A stretch of DNA of 64,000 nt from contig NW_024704742.1 of NCBI RefSeq assembly GCF_018977255.1, positions 47,926,001 to 47,990,000 on the forward strand, in the 5' to 3' direction. The translations under genes and the position numbers were made by a program. The notes below the pieces were generated by a model. It did no database searches. It had not been told where the DNA came from and saw only the letters and a list, made by a program, of their open reading frames with translations. This DNA is from Callorhinchus milii. Lineage: Eukaryota. Below are positions 1-11,686 of the stretch, one piece after another; position 1 is the stretch's first letter; every line of letters begins with the position of its first letter.

Positions 1-593
1 ATTTTGGCTAACTGAATTATCTGATTTGCTAAAATTGTGTTCTCTTGTGGGGTTGACTGTTGCTGAAGGCCAGCTCACATGTTGGGTGCAATTTATCCGA
101 GTTGCCATGTAGAATTATGTGCTGTAATCTGAGATTGCTTTGTGTTGAAATGAAGGCATAAACATATAAAATCTCTGGCATTTGGTACCGCAATGAGGAT
201 TACCCCGATGCTTCAATTGTGTTCTCTTCCTCCCTCAACCCTCTGTGTTCTGGCTGCTAATAAAGCCAACAGTTAGCACTACAATTCTTTGTGTAACATT
301 ACTGCAATAAAGGAATAACCTTTGCAACAATTGTTGGACGGTGGTGATTGCTGTAATGCTCCAGAATGAAGTGCACAGTATATGGATAGAATGTTCTGGG
401 ACCCCTTTCCTGGTCCCTGGATTACTGAATCCTATTATGTTACTGCTGATGTATGAGTAAGCAGTTGGTTACCTATTCTGATTGATGTTTCGAGCGTGCT
501 GCTTCATTTTCAGAACTCCGTTCGATTTCTCTTACAACGCTGATCATTCAATGCTAATTATTTACTAATTTATGGACGATGTCTCAAACCGTG

Positions 594-1270
594 TACAGTA
601 GAACCTCACTAACCTGGTCACTCAAGGGACTGGGCAAAAGTCACCTACTTAGTGACCTGACCTGATTACTGAAACAGGTCGGGTGATTCAGGTCACTGAT
701 GTAATGTTAAGGGCACTGATAATGGGCAAGTGTGATAAATATTCAACAACCATACTTTGCAATCTCATTAAAATAAAGGCAGTGTCGCATTTAAAACAAA
801 AGCTGTCATGTATTCAGCCTATCTTTTGAAAATGAATCCAACTTATGTTCTGCCAATGCGTAGATCACATCTAACTGTCTATGCCTTTTGCCCTCATTGT
901 TTTTGATTAAGTCCACTCTATTACGTAAGGACAACTCCTTCTGCGGTGGCATGTTTACAACACTTGTCAACAGTCACTAAATCAAAACAAAGTACACACT
1001 AACCATGTGCACTGAATACAGCATTGTCCGCAGGAGCTCAGGTTAGGCCGCGGGCGCCGGGCGAAGTCGATTTTCTGCTTGCGCCGTTTTCACGATCCCA
1101 ACACTCCCCACATCGCGCATGCGCGACTGGAGCCCACTCCATCCACAGTAGCAGCGTCGAGGAAACAGCATGAGAAGCCTGAGGCCTAGCGCACTGTGTA
1201 CTGTACAGGATAGTAGCGGAGGGGGGTGTTTGTACCGGGTTTGAAGCGGAGGAGGGCGCTGTTGGTGATT
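594..1270. mobile_element. Tc1/mariner (Tigger-like) non-autonomous element remnant with CpG-rich interior
   Basis: Starts TA+CAGTAGAACCTC, a typical Tigger/pogo terminus; CpG-rich 1040-1260; right end not clearly identified. Confidence 0.4.
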
Positions 1271-1271
1271 A

Positions 1272-1905
1272 GCAACAACAAATTACATTTGTATAGTGCG
1301 TTTCATTTCAGGAGGACGTCCCAAGGCGCTGGACAGTTAGGGATTTGGACCTGAGCTTAGAGTTGGCAGGGAGGATAGGAGGAGGATGGTGACCGAAGGC
1401 ATTGTCAAAGAGGAGGGTCTTGAGACGTGCCTTGAAGGAGGCAAGGGAGGGAGCAAGATGAATGAAATGTGGGATAGACTTCCAAGGAGTGGGGGAAGAG
1501 ATCCTGAAGGCCCAACCGTGGATGGTGGGGCGGGCCGGACGGGGGACGTGGAGCAGAGGACGGAGCAAACAGGTCGATATGTAGTTAGTAGGTCACAGGT
1601 AGGGAGGTACAAGGTCGTGGGAGGCAAGGACGAGGTTTTTGAACTCTATCCTTTGGGGGATGGGGAGCCAGTGGAGCTGGGCAAGGGTGAGGCTGATAGG
1701 GTCACGGAGCCTGGTGTGGGAAAGGACACAAGCTGAAAGTTCTGGATGATTTGTAGCTTGTGCAGGGAAGAGATGGGAAGGGTGACAAGCAAGGAGTTAG
1801 CGTTTTCATCACATCGAGTAGAGCCTGGAGGTGATGACAGTATGAGGGTCTGAGAGGAGAGGCAGTAGCAGAGCCGGGGCGATGTTATGGAGGTGGGGGA
1901 AGGGG
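1272..1905 (-). mobile_element. L2 LINE 3' fragment
   Basis: Reverse complement of the L2 tail (..CACTATACAAATGTAATTTGTGTTGTTG); minus ORF has L2 ORF2-end motifs (RPTIHGWAF, SLASFKARLKTLLFDNAF). Confidence 0.9.
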
Positions 1906-3489
1906 TCTTTTATTTATCATAGGAGGCACTCTAGAAGCAAGCTAGGGTTTTTCAAATGTATTGTCAAGTGATTGTAAAATCGAGTGTCAGTCAGGCTGAA
2001 TTGTCTAATAAAATCCATGGACCACTCAGTTCAAGCATGTGGAGCACTTGATAGATGAGGAATTGAAGCTCAAATGCAATCGTGAAATTTTTGCTTATTT
2101 ACTGCATTGAATCAGCTAAATGCTGATAGTTGCCAAAAAGGAACAAATCCGCTATTTCACATCACTCCCTAACATTCATTTAAAAAAAAACACTCGCTGC
2201 TAGGATTGTGGGGTGTGTTTTCTAGAAGGATGAGATCAGATTGGTGAAAGGCCTTATTCATTTGTACCTTTCTTGTAATCCATGTTTCGAAAACGTGGGT
2301 CCTACAACTTTCATTGAGCTTCACCAGATTCGGGTTCAACTCTGAGCCAAGCCCTATGCAGACACATTAACTGCACAGGATTGAATGATATTTTCATAAA
2401 GTATTTTATTCAGTCCTTTGAAAATCGAAACTTTACTTTTGACTACAGAGAGCCCAGGTTTCCAGCAGCAAGAGTTTCTAAGAAAGTCTGATTCAATGTC
2501 CTTGTAGAAACTTAATAGTGTTCAAGGTTGGAGATTTCAACCCAGCAGTAGATGAGCTGACCTGCTTCTTTTGTTGTTCTGGCAACGCTCTTGTTGCTTC
2601 TGTTCTGAATTGCTTCTGCTTTCCCAGGAGGTGGCTTATCGACCCCCAGTTCACACCCATGAATATACCCAACTCAGCTGCTCACTAATTGTCTTGCCCG
2701 AAGCCATTAGTGCTAATGTGATTCAAGGAAGTAGCTACAAGCAGACGAGAGCTGTGAAGTTCAAGGCACAGGATGTACATAACAACTCACTACACTGTTT
2801 CACACCACAGCTTTCATTACAATAAAAAGGCTGCCAAAAATATAGATCCAAGTAAAATATTTTCCACTGACTTGCATCTGTTCAGAATCATGTGGCTCTT
2901 TGTTATTTGGGCCCTTTTTCCATTTGTTCATTCCCTGAAGATATTTGCCTCCAATTTACCAGGTGTAGTGCTACAGTAGTCTACTTGTATATAATAATCT
3001 TTACATTTGATATAGCGCCTGATCACGTCTCAATGAGCTTCACAGAATATACTGCATGTTTACTTTTAGTACTGGGTGAGACTCATGACGTACTGTAGCC
3101 AGGGCACTTCATTTTTAATGCATAATGTTGTCAATATTAGGAGCAAAGGAACCCTAACCTTCCACTATTAAGTGCTCTGAGACGCTACCCTGCGTGGTAG
3201 AAACTATAAATACAAGTAGTTGTTGTTGACTTTAATTTCTTTTGGTCAGCCAGGTGTGTGCCACGTGTCATGCTGAGTATCTGACCGATCAGAGCTCCAT
3301 ATTGGAGTGCCAACTGCACATGGAAATTTCCCATTTGTAATTGAAGCTCTGGTTCATGATTTATTTTGAGAATGTTTCTATTTGGTTCAGTGTGATACTT
3401 GAACACAACAATAAATGACAGTGATGTGCCTTGCTTTAGGAATAAGTATATATAGAGCCAATAATATATAGTCTTAAGCAGTACAACAT

Positions 3490-3855
3490 AAAAAAATAAG
3501 TAAATGTACAATGTAGTGACGGTATATTTTGTAGGCAAATGTGGCATCCAATTTGCGCCCAACAATGTCTGACAAACAACTATGAAATGAATGACCAATT
3601 TTATTTGGGAGATTGTTGGCCAGGACACCGGGGGGAATTCCCTTTTCTTTTCAAATAGTGCCAATGGATCTTTAATATTCACCTGAACAGGCAGATGGGT
3701 CCTTGGTTTAAATGCTATCATCTGAAAGATGGTACCTTCAATGTAGCACTGTATCGGAGTGTCAATCTAGTTTGTGTGAGTTCAAAGTCCTGACGTTGGG
3801 CTTGATCCCACAACCTTCTGATTGAGGCAAGGATACTACCATTCTGGGCCAGCAG
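3490..3855 (-). mobile_element. Deu-domain SINE (SacSINE1-like)
   Basis: Contains GGCCAGGACACC..AATAGTGCC..GGATCTTTAA..CACCTGAACAGGCAGA core and a tRNA-like head at ~3790-3855; homologous copies at 15380, 24283, 46070 and 58530. Confidence 0.7.
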
Positions 3856-4317
3856 CGTCCCTGAAATGAGGCTAATTAATTTGAATAATTTGTGTGTGGG
3901 CGGGCAGGGATGATTTTGGTACATTTAAATTTATGGATACAATTTAAAGATCGAAAGGCGGGGGAAAATAAAGTGTAAGACTGTACAAGGAGGATTGACG
4001 GTCAAAAATGTTCATTCAGAGAGTGTGAAGCCTGGGGATCATGCCAGCTTCTGTTTTCTTTTATCCATCAGTTGTTTGAACTTTGCTATCACGTGATTGA
4101 GCTTAGCTCTGATGTTGCTGTGTTATTCTTGCACTAATAATTTATTTAGGGAGAACATAAAGATGGTAAGGTTAAAATATTTGGCCAGATCCTGCATGCA
4201 AAAATGTCAGGGTAACACACTGATCGAGATAATTAGAGCTGATTTAAACAAGATAGTGTTGGTATTTAATTTAACATTGACGACTAGAGTTGAATGGTTG
4301 AGGAGTATAAACTAAAT

Positions 4318-4500
4318 GGCATTGCATAAACTGTATGGCACAGAAACAAACCATTCGGCCCAACTATTTCATGTTGGTCTTTATACTCCACCTGAGGCAC
4401 GAAACTTCCCTATCCCCCTTCCATAATCCCTACTCCCTTCTCCCTCATTTCCTTTTCAATGCATTGATGCTTTCTTTTTCAACATGTCTTTTGGTAGTGA
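4318..4500 (-). mobile_element. SINE/CR1-type 3' tail (V-SINE-like)
   Basis: Reverse complement GTGGAGTATAAAGACC..GTTGGGCCGAATGG..GTTTCTGTG; related copies at 23690-23770 and 57975-58077. Confidence 0.5.
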
Positions 4501-6790
4501 GTTCCACATTCTCTGTGTAATAATGTTCTTCCTAAACTGTTTTAGATCTGATAGTCCCATTTGTACCGTATAACTTTCTATAACTGAATTTTTATTGTAA
4601 GAAAAGTTGAATTCATTTTAGAGTTTTAAAGCTAAACAAGAGAAACACTGTTTAAAGTGCAATTAAACTACATAGGCATTCATATTATGTTTTAAAAATG
4701 CATATTTACAGAAGCTAAAATTGCTGCCCTACCTTGATAACAAAATTCCCTAACCTATTCAGTCAGGGATAGGATAGGAGAAAGGTAGAATTGAAGGACA
4801 AGCATCAAAGGAGTGGATGGAACCTACATCCAAGGCTTATAAAATTCTCCTTAGACTCCAGCTATTTTCACTTTGATTTATTTTTTTCTTTACACCAAAT
4901 GCACTATATAAATAAAGCTTTTGAGCACAGAAGTAAAAACATTTTTTTAAAAATTCATTACTTAACAATTCTGAATGGTCCCTAGACCTATGTAAACACG
5001 GGAGTTAGGTGGGCTGGGCACAAAACTAGCATTATGCCAGGAGATTTCTCTGTGCTGGAAGTTGGCATGTATGGCAGAGTATGTCAACCTTAGGATAAAT
5101 GACAATGTGATACTGAACTTAAGAGTATTGTGTACAATCCAATTGCTGTTCTACAATACAGACAACTTAGTATTGGTGCCAAAAATCTCAAGGGGGTAGC
5201 CCCAATAGTGTAATGGACAGAGTTTATGGACCAGGAGGTGCTGGTTTGAATCATGATCTGTGTTGACTGCATGCTGAGGTTTCTATTCTCAGCCAAGGCT
5301 CATTGGTGGGTGGGCTAAATTGGGTTCAATCATGAGAATTAAGGACAATCATTAAAGCGGTGGTGGAAACTACATCCAAGCTTATCCAATAAAACTAGAT
5401 TTAAGACACATGAATTGTGAGGAGAGGCTACAGGAGCTGGGAATGTTAACACTGAAGTAAAGATATTATGGAACGCCTGGAAGGGCACAGATAAACTCTG
5501 GGTTGAAGGAGGAGACTCAATTGGCCAGGCCTTTGAAGAGAGGAAAACCAGCCGGGGTTCCTGCAACTGTTCCTCCTCTACATTACCTTCTACTCGTTGT
5601 GAGCATTGTGTAGCAGAAGTCAGACATTGCTGTAACGCCCTCTACAAGTCGAATGGCCTAAGCATGGAATATGAACCATGGCAACTTGGGCATGGTATTG
5701 AGGGCGACTGATAGCTGTTTCCGACAAGAGGAGGTCAGGTCAATAACAGAGTGGGGAGACAATTAGGAAAAAAAAGTTGGACTGATTTTTAAAAAAAATC
5801 ATTTGAGCCCGTTTAGTCCCATATAAATTAATTTACTTTTTCATCGTTTAATTGGTAGTGTGCTTTTTTATTCAAGAGTGAAGGGCTGAGTGGAACCACC
5901 AGGATTTGGGGTCAAAGAACCCGTGAATAACTTGTTTTTAAATACAATTCTCAATCCACTGACAGGAACAAACTAGTAGTCCACGGAGGTGATGAATCTT
6001 ACTTAGACTAAGCAAATGCACACACTTCTGGACTACTGCTAAATGGAGTCTGGTTTTGCTAGAATTGTTTGTTCTCCTAGTTCCGCAGAATTTCTAACAT
6101 TTATTTACCCTTATTAGGCTGACGAGATTCCTTTCTCTTTGACTTCTTGCCTCCATTATAATTTACTGAACCTTCCTTTTGAAAAACAATTGAATTGTGG
6201 ATAAAAGCTTGTGTATGATCCCTGTCCATAACATTTTGTTTGTGCGTTTTCCTCATCTACACGTCAGGTGATGAGAAAACTGCCTAATAGCAAAAACAAC
6301 TTGCATTTATATAGCGCCCCTCATGCAGTGTAGCTTCCTAGAACGCCTAAATACAAGTGTGATGTGAGTGTTCTCAGGAATGAATGAGGCCAAGTGTGAA
6401 CTCTTGTAGGACTTTAAAAATCACATTAGCACAATAATATTTTTTGAATGACTTCTATTTATGTGACTCAAGTTAATGGGCAAACCACACCAGCCATTGT
6501 CTGAATAAGGTTCATCTTCTACTTAACCCCTGGGTTACTTTTAAAAGTATGGTTTCAGCCAAGAACCCAGCAAGAAGGTCTCTGTCCTTAATTTTCTGTA
6601 AATGTCCACTAGGAGGGGTATGAGAACAATGCGGTTTGATGTTTTTCAAATGAAATGTTAAAGAAAATCGATAGGTGTACAAGAGATGCCAGAGGCGAGT
6701 TGTGCAGTTATTGGAATTCTGAAGAGCAGTTTGAGGTTTGCACTTAGTGTAGTGTGTAACTCTGTTGCTCAAACACTTGTCTTTTTTTAG

Positions 6791-6890
6791 GGCAGCTGCT
6801 ATGACTCTAAGGACAGTTTTATTATCATTACAAGCCTTACTGGCAGCTGCTGAACCAGATGACCCGCAGGATGCAGTAGTAGCACAACAG
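6791..6890 (+). CDS. UBE2K: UBE2K ubiquitin-conjugating enzyme E2 K, internal exon (third from last)
   Basis: ttttttag|G GCA GCT..CAA CAG|gttggt; 100 bp; (W)AAAMTLRTVLLSLQALLAAAEPDDPQDAVVAQQ, almost identical to vertebrate UBE2K. Confidence 0.97.
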
Positions 6891-7590
6891 GTTGGTGAAA
6901 ATTTGTCTGATGCCAGCATATGAATTTTGAGGCTATATATTCTCATTATTTTGGTTCTCTGAAATTGATGAACAGTCCACAAAAACATTCATCTTTTCTG
7001 ATGTACAAACGTTTCACTAGATTATTTTGAAAATAATGTTGACATTTTTATGAACAGTATTGATTTTGAGGAGTAAATAAAGCACTTCACATATTGCTCC
7101 CCTGAAGCTCACGTTTATTGTTGTTTGATTAGCTGGATGTAAGACACATACAGAAACCCATCACTGCCTGACTATGCTTGAGCTCCATGTATGTATGCTA
7201 CCAACACATGGACATTTTCTTGTGTCTGGATTGGACACCCTACTTAGCTATTGTCAGAACATATTAGGGGTAGTTCGCGAGAGACTGGACTTGCGGACCA
7301 ATCATGTCCCATTTCTGGTTGTGATCCTTACACATTAGTGGATGTTGGGTATTGACAGGATTGAGTACCTATAATTTTTGTTCTTCATTTCTCTCTCCCA
7401 CTCTATCTGAATAGCCTATCTCACGCTTGCCTCCTATGCTTGAACATGATGAATGACCATGATTGTTGCACCACTGCAATACCACGCCAGTATAGTTTGT
7501 CTCCTGGGGAAAGGAAAGATAATAAATTGGAGTGTGGAGGTCCTCCTGGGTTATTTAAAGAATGAAGTGTATTCTATCAACCCGTACCCT

Positions 7591-7890
7591 CCCTCCTCAC
7601 CCCCTATCAACCTCCCCGCTCCCTCCTAACTTGCTACCAACACCCCCGCCCCCTCCTAAACCCCTACCAACCGGCCCGCTCCCTCCTCACCCCCTACCAA
7701 CCCTCCCGCTCCCTCCTAACCCCCTACTAACTCGCCCACTCCCTCCTAGCCCTCTACCAACACCCCCCACCCCTCCTAAACCCCTACCAACCTCCCCACC
7801 CCCTCCTAACCCCATACCAATCTGCCCTCCCCCTCCTAACCCCCTACCAACCCCTCGCCCCCTCCTAACCCCCTAACAATCCGCCCGTTC
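7591..7890 (+). repeat. 30-bp C-rich minisatellite (~10 units) derived from L2 sequence
   Basis: Unit CCCTCCTAACCCCCTACCAACCTGCCCGCT repeats with period 30; the same sequence occurs once in the L2 copy at ~11347-11380. Confidence 0.9.
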
Positions 7891-8234
7891 CCTCTGCTCA
7901 GCCGACTCCGGCCCGCTCATGTCCCCCGACACACCCACTCCACCATTGGCGGGAGAGCCTTCAGCCACTCTGCCCCCAACCTCTGCAATTCCAACCCCAA
8001 TCACTCCGCCTCACCCCCTTCTTAGTCTTCTTCAAGTCCCGCCTCAAGACCCTCCTCTTCAACCATGCCATTGGCCACCCCCCTTCTCCTCCCTTCCCCT
8101 CCCTTCTCCCCCCTTTTCCCCTCCCTCTTCCCCTACCCTCCCTTCCTCTACCCTCCCTTCTCCCCCCTTCCCCTCCCTTCTCCCCCCCCCCCCGACACCA
8201 GCTCGGATCTGAAATGCCGTGAAAGGTACTATAC
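7861..8234 (+). mobile_element. L2 LINE 3' fragment with a shortened tail
   Basis: Colinear with the L2 copy at 11350-11670; ends at ..GTGAAAGGTACTATAC without the terminal TTG repeats. Confidence 0.9.
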
Positions 8235-8559
8235 GCACTTCATCTTCTTCTTGTGGCTCCGTCTCGCACGAGGGACATTAAAACCATGCGTGACAAAACT
8301 ATTACTGCCCCCGACTCCTGGTAAATCTAATAACCCGTTTGCCCCATCAATTAGCTGCACTGCAGCGCCCACGGAAACATTAATCTCGCCTCCGAATGGT
8401 GAACCCGGGTTTAGAGTGAATGGAGTTTCAACAATGTGCTGCACAGTGAGAGATCGTTTTGAGAACAGACCAGAGAAACTGTACTGATTTCCACTGGAAG
8501 AGGATGATTGAGAGTCAGACGTCAAGAGGAGGAACAAATTATCAACCGGCATTGGATTT
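8235..8559 (-). other. Unexplained coding-like insert; candidate endogenous viral element (polyomavirus VP1 C-terminal-arm-like)
   Basis: Stop-free minus frame across the whole insert (NPMPVDNLFLLLT..VQLIDGANGLLDLPG..RARRSHKKK); about 15 CpG in 325 bp by hand count; L2 3' ends on both sides. Viral identity is a by-eye resemblance only. Confidence 0.4.
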
Positions 8560-8691
8560 CTTTTCAACCGCACCATTGGTCACCTTCCTCCCCCTCTCCC
8601 TGGCTCGGCCCCAGGATCTGTTACTGTGAAGCGCTCTTAAGACGCCGTCCGGCGAGGAGGGCGGTATATAAATCCAAGTTGTTATTGTTGT
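8560..8691 (+). mobile_element. L2 LINE 3' tail (second subfamily)
   Basis: CCATTGGTCACC..GAAGCGCTC..GGGCGGTATATAAATCCAAGTTGTTATTGTTG; similar to tails at 13330-13442 and 41500-41611. Confidence 0.85.
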
Positions 8692-9087
8692 ATTGAACAA
8701 TATGATGTATTGACTGACCTTGTAGATGCTCAGTACAACAGTACCAATAGTTGTGTTCACTGTGACTTTGCAACATTAGAGGAAGTTATTTTCCTCCAAT
8801 TATCTTTTCTTTTGAAATGCCTTTTTTTTAAAAATGTTGAGATATGGTGTCCTTTATCCTCAATAGGCCATTCTACATGCATGAGCCCAGATGACAGACA
8901 TTACACCTAAGCATGAGCATGTTTTCTCCCAACATTTGCAACTATTCTCTTTCAGCACTTATTGTGAAATTCTGAGTTTTAAAATTTGTGGTAAATTCAG
9001 TGAATTTAGCAAATATGCCTACTTTTGAGGTGATTGTTTGCAGCTTTTGTTCGAGCATTATACTTAACGATTATGTTCTTTCCATAG

Positions 9088-9216
9088 CACAAGCAAAATC
9101 CAGAGATGTTTAAACAGACAGCCAGGCTCTGGGCACATGTTTACGCTGGAGCACCAGTTCCTAGCCCTGAGTACACCAGAAAAGTAGACAAACTGTGTGC
9201 TATGGGCTTTGATAAA
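9088..9216 (+). CDS. UBE2K: UBE2K penultimate coding exon
   Basis: ttccatag|CAC AAG..GAT AAA|gtgagt; 129 bp; HKQNPEMFKQTARLWAHVYAGAPVPSPEYTRKVDKLCAMGFDK (start of UBA domain, MGF motif). Confidence 0.97.
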
Positions 9217-9880
9217 GTGAGTATTGAATCATCTTTATCTGATTCTGTTACTCGTGCAATAAGGATTTGCTTGTGGAGTTCATAAAAAATATTTCTCATG
9301 TATATTCAACAAACTTTGTTCCAAGATACCATTTGTCATGAAAACAGATGTTGCTGCTAGTGTTTATATGTGCAGTGGTTACCAACTCTATAGTATAGTG
9401 AAATGCACTGGGCTGTGTCAGAAACCAAGGGACAGCTACTTGATGGTAATATATTCACTAGTAGACCTGGCTGAGACCCGGAGGGCATGGCTATTTAAGA
9501 ATTAGTATTCCTCTATTTAGTTAAAGAAAAGGGAAACATAATGACCATTAGCAACCTTCTGACATCTCTCACCCCCCAAAAAAAATTTTTTTTTTCACTT
9601 TTAAGAGTTTTTCCCATTACAGGGGGAATAATTGTTTCTTATAATTTATCAAAAAAGCCAATCAAACATTAGATTACAACTCAAGGACATTTAACCGTAA
9701 GTCAATGTTATTTCTAATATAGATCTAACCGTAAAGTGGCATTTCAAAAGCATTACAGTTTGGGACACACCACCTTCAAAGGGACAGGTACATTGGAGAG
9801 AATTTAATGATGACTAGGATGATTTTAATAATTTAGGGCTTCAAATAATGAAGCGAGGCTTCCGGAGCTGAACTTCTTCC

Positions 9881-10360
9881 TACAGTCAAATTCAGTTAAT
9901 TGAATATCGGATAATTGACTAATTTGGTCCATTGAATAGAATTTAGAAATCCCAAAACATTTGCACACTTATTCGGATAATCAGTTAATTGAATACTCAA
10001 TATACAAATAATTTGGTTTATTGAATAATTTTCCCTGTGACCATGTGTATGAAAAAACAATTACGCATCGTCCCAAATCAATACCTTCTACAGTACAACG
10101 GAAAGGCCATTGTCGTTCTTTCCTCCTTCCCCATCCCTTCACCACTCCCAAGAGCGGTGTCACTGTCCATTGGTCGGTTGGCTACGTTTGAATGAGAACA
10201 TGTCTGATTGCTGAAGAGAGTTTCCGGTGAGGTTGGAAGCTGTGTGGCTTGAGCTCTGGAAGATGAGGCTCTTTATGTTTAGTCCGGTTATATGAATAGT
10301 TTTATTTATTTAATAATTTTCACTGTCAAATTGAGTATTCAGTTAACATAATTTCATTAG
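9881..10360. mobile_element. Tc1/mariner (Tigger-like) MITE remnant
   Basis: TA+CAGTCAAATTCAGTTAATTGAATA terminus with the subterminal CAGTTAATTGAATA/CGGATAAT motif repeated at ~9975-9995; lies within a degraded CR1. Confidence 0.45.
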
Positions 10361-10828
10361 CAAGTTTTTAAGGTCCTCTAAATTTCTGAGAGAGCTTGTT
10401 GATATAAATGTAAGCAGGCTGTTACATTGAGTACAGATTGAGAAGAACTAGATTTAAAATTAACAGGATTAGAGATTAGAAGAAATCACATTATCCCCAG
10501 AGATGTGGAGAGACTTCTGGCTGTAGCAGTTGATCCCGTGGATCAGGAAGGAATTGGATTGAAGGTTATGACAATTGAATTAAGGAAACTTGCTTAACTG
10601 TCTTTTGGATTGGAGACCAGGGAGTATTTTTTGCAAAACTTTCGTCCAAGAGACTGGTAGACTTCACAGTGGGTTACATGGTACATGGAAAGAATGGACT
10701 TGATGGAAAAAGTGGCTGTTTCCCATTATAAGTTGCTGTTTCCCATTGTTAATGATTTTTAAGATTTTTGAGTTGATGAAGCATTTGCCAGTTTTAATGG
10801 TTCTTCACACTGACAATTATTGATAGTC

Positions 10829-11686
10829 CTGCATGAGGGCAAATTTCCTACAGTTGAATGTGAACAAGACTGAGTGGCTCGTGCCAGCACCTCAGCACCT
10901 CAGGCTCTGGCAGCATCAACCTCCATGGTTGCACACTTCAACTCACCAAGCCAGTCAGGAACCTAGATGTCTTGTTCGACCCTCAACTGTCTTTTCTTCC
11001 CCACATCCAAGCCATGACCCGCTCTGCCTTCCCTCACCTCTGTAACATTGCCCGACTCTGCCACTACCTCAACCTTCAGGCCGCTGAAACTCTTGTTCAT
11101 GCCTTCATCACCTCCAGGCTCGACTATGCAAAGCCCTGCTTGTCGGCCTTCCCAACTCCTCCCTCCACAGGCTGCAGATAATCCAGAACTCTGTAGCCGT
11201 GTCCTCTCCCGCACCAAACTCCGTGACCCCATCTCCCCAATTATCACCCGACACCATTGGCTCTCTATCCTTCAGAGGATCCAGTTCAAGATCCTGGTCC
11301 TTACCTACAAAGCCCTCCATGGCCTCGCCCCACCCTACCTCTATGACCTCCTAACCCCCTACCAACCTGCCCGCTCCCTCCGCTCAGCTGGCTCCGGCCT
11401 TCTCCATGTCCCCCGACCCACCCGCCCCACCATTGATGGGAGAGCCTTCAGCCACTCTGCCCCAACCTCTGGAATTCCATCCCCCGATCACTCCGCCTCG
11501 CCTCCTCCTTAGCCTCCTTCAAGTCCTGCCTCAAAACCTCCTCTTCGACCATGCCATCGGTCACCACCCCCTTCCCCTCCCTTCTCCCACCCTGACCCCA
11601 GCTCGGGTCTGAAATGCTGTGTACTGTCCAGCACCTTGGGACGTCTTCCCGACGTGAAAGGCACTATACAAATGTAATCTTGTTGT
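10829..11686 (+). mobile_element. L2 LINE 3' portion
   Basis: Fragments MRANFLQLNVNKTE, LVHAFITSRLDY and HWLSILQRIQFKILVLTYKALHGLAPPYL (L2 ORF2 C-terminus) with frameshifts; typical tail. Confidence 0.95.

Noticed and set aside
3185-3721. 178-aa minus ORF
   Set aside because: Begins inside a Deu-SINE and runs through AT-rich intron; not protein-like.
6512-6988. 158-aa minus ORF
   Set aside because: Antisense shadow of the UBE2K exon plus intron sequence.
7562-8212. Proline-rich ORFs (extensin- or formin-like)
   Set aside because: Translation of a C-rich minisatellite and L2 3' region; no exon context.
8065-8487. 140-aa plus-strand ORF over the insert
   Set aside because: Starts in L2 low-complexity sequence and reads as the antisense shadow of the minus frame; no recognisable motif.
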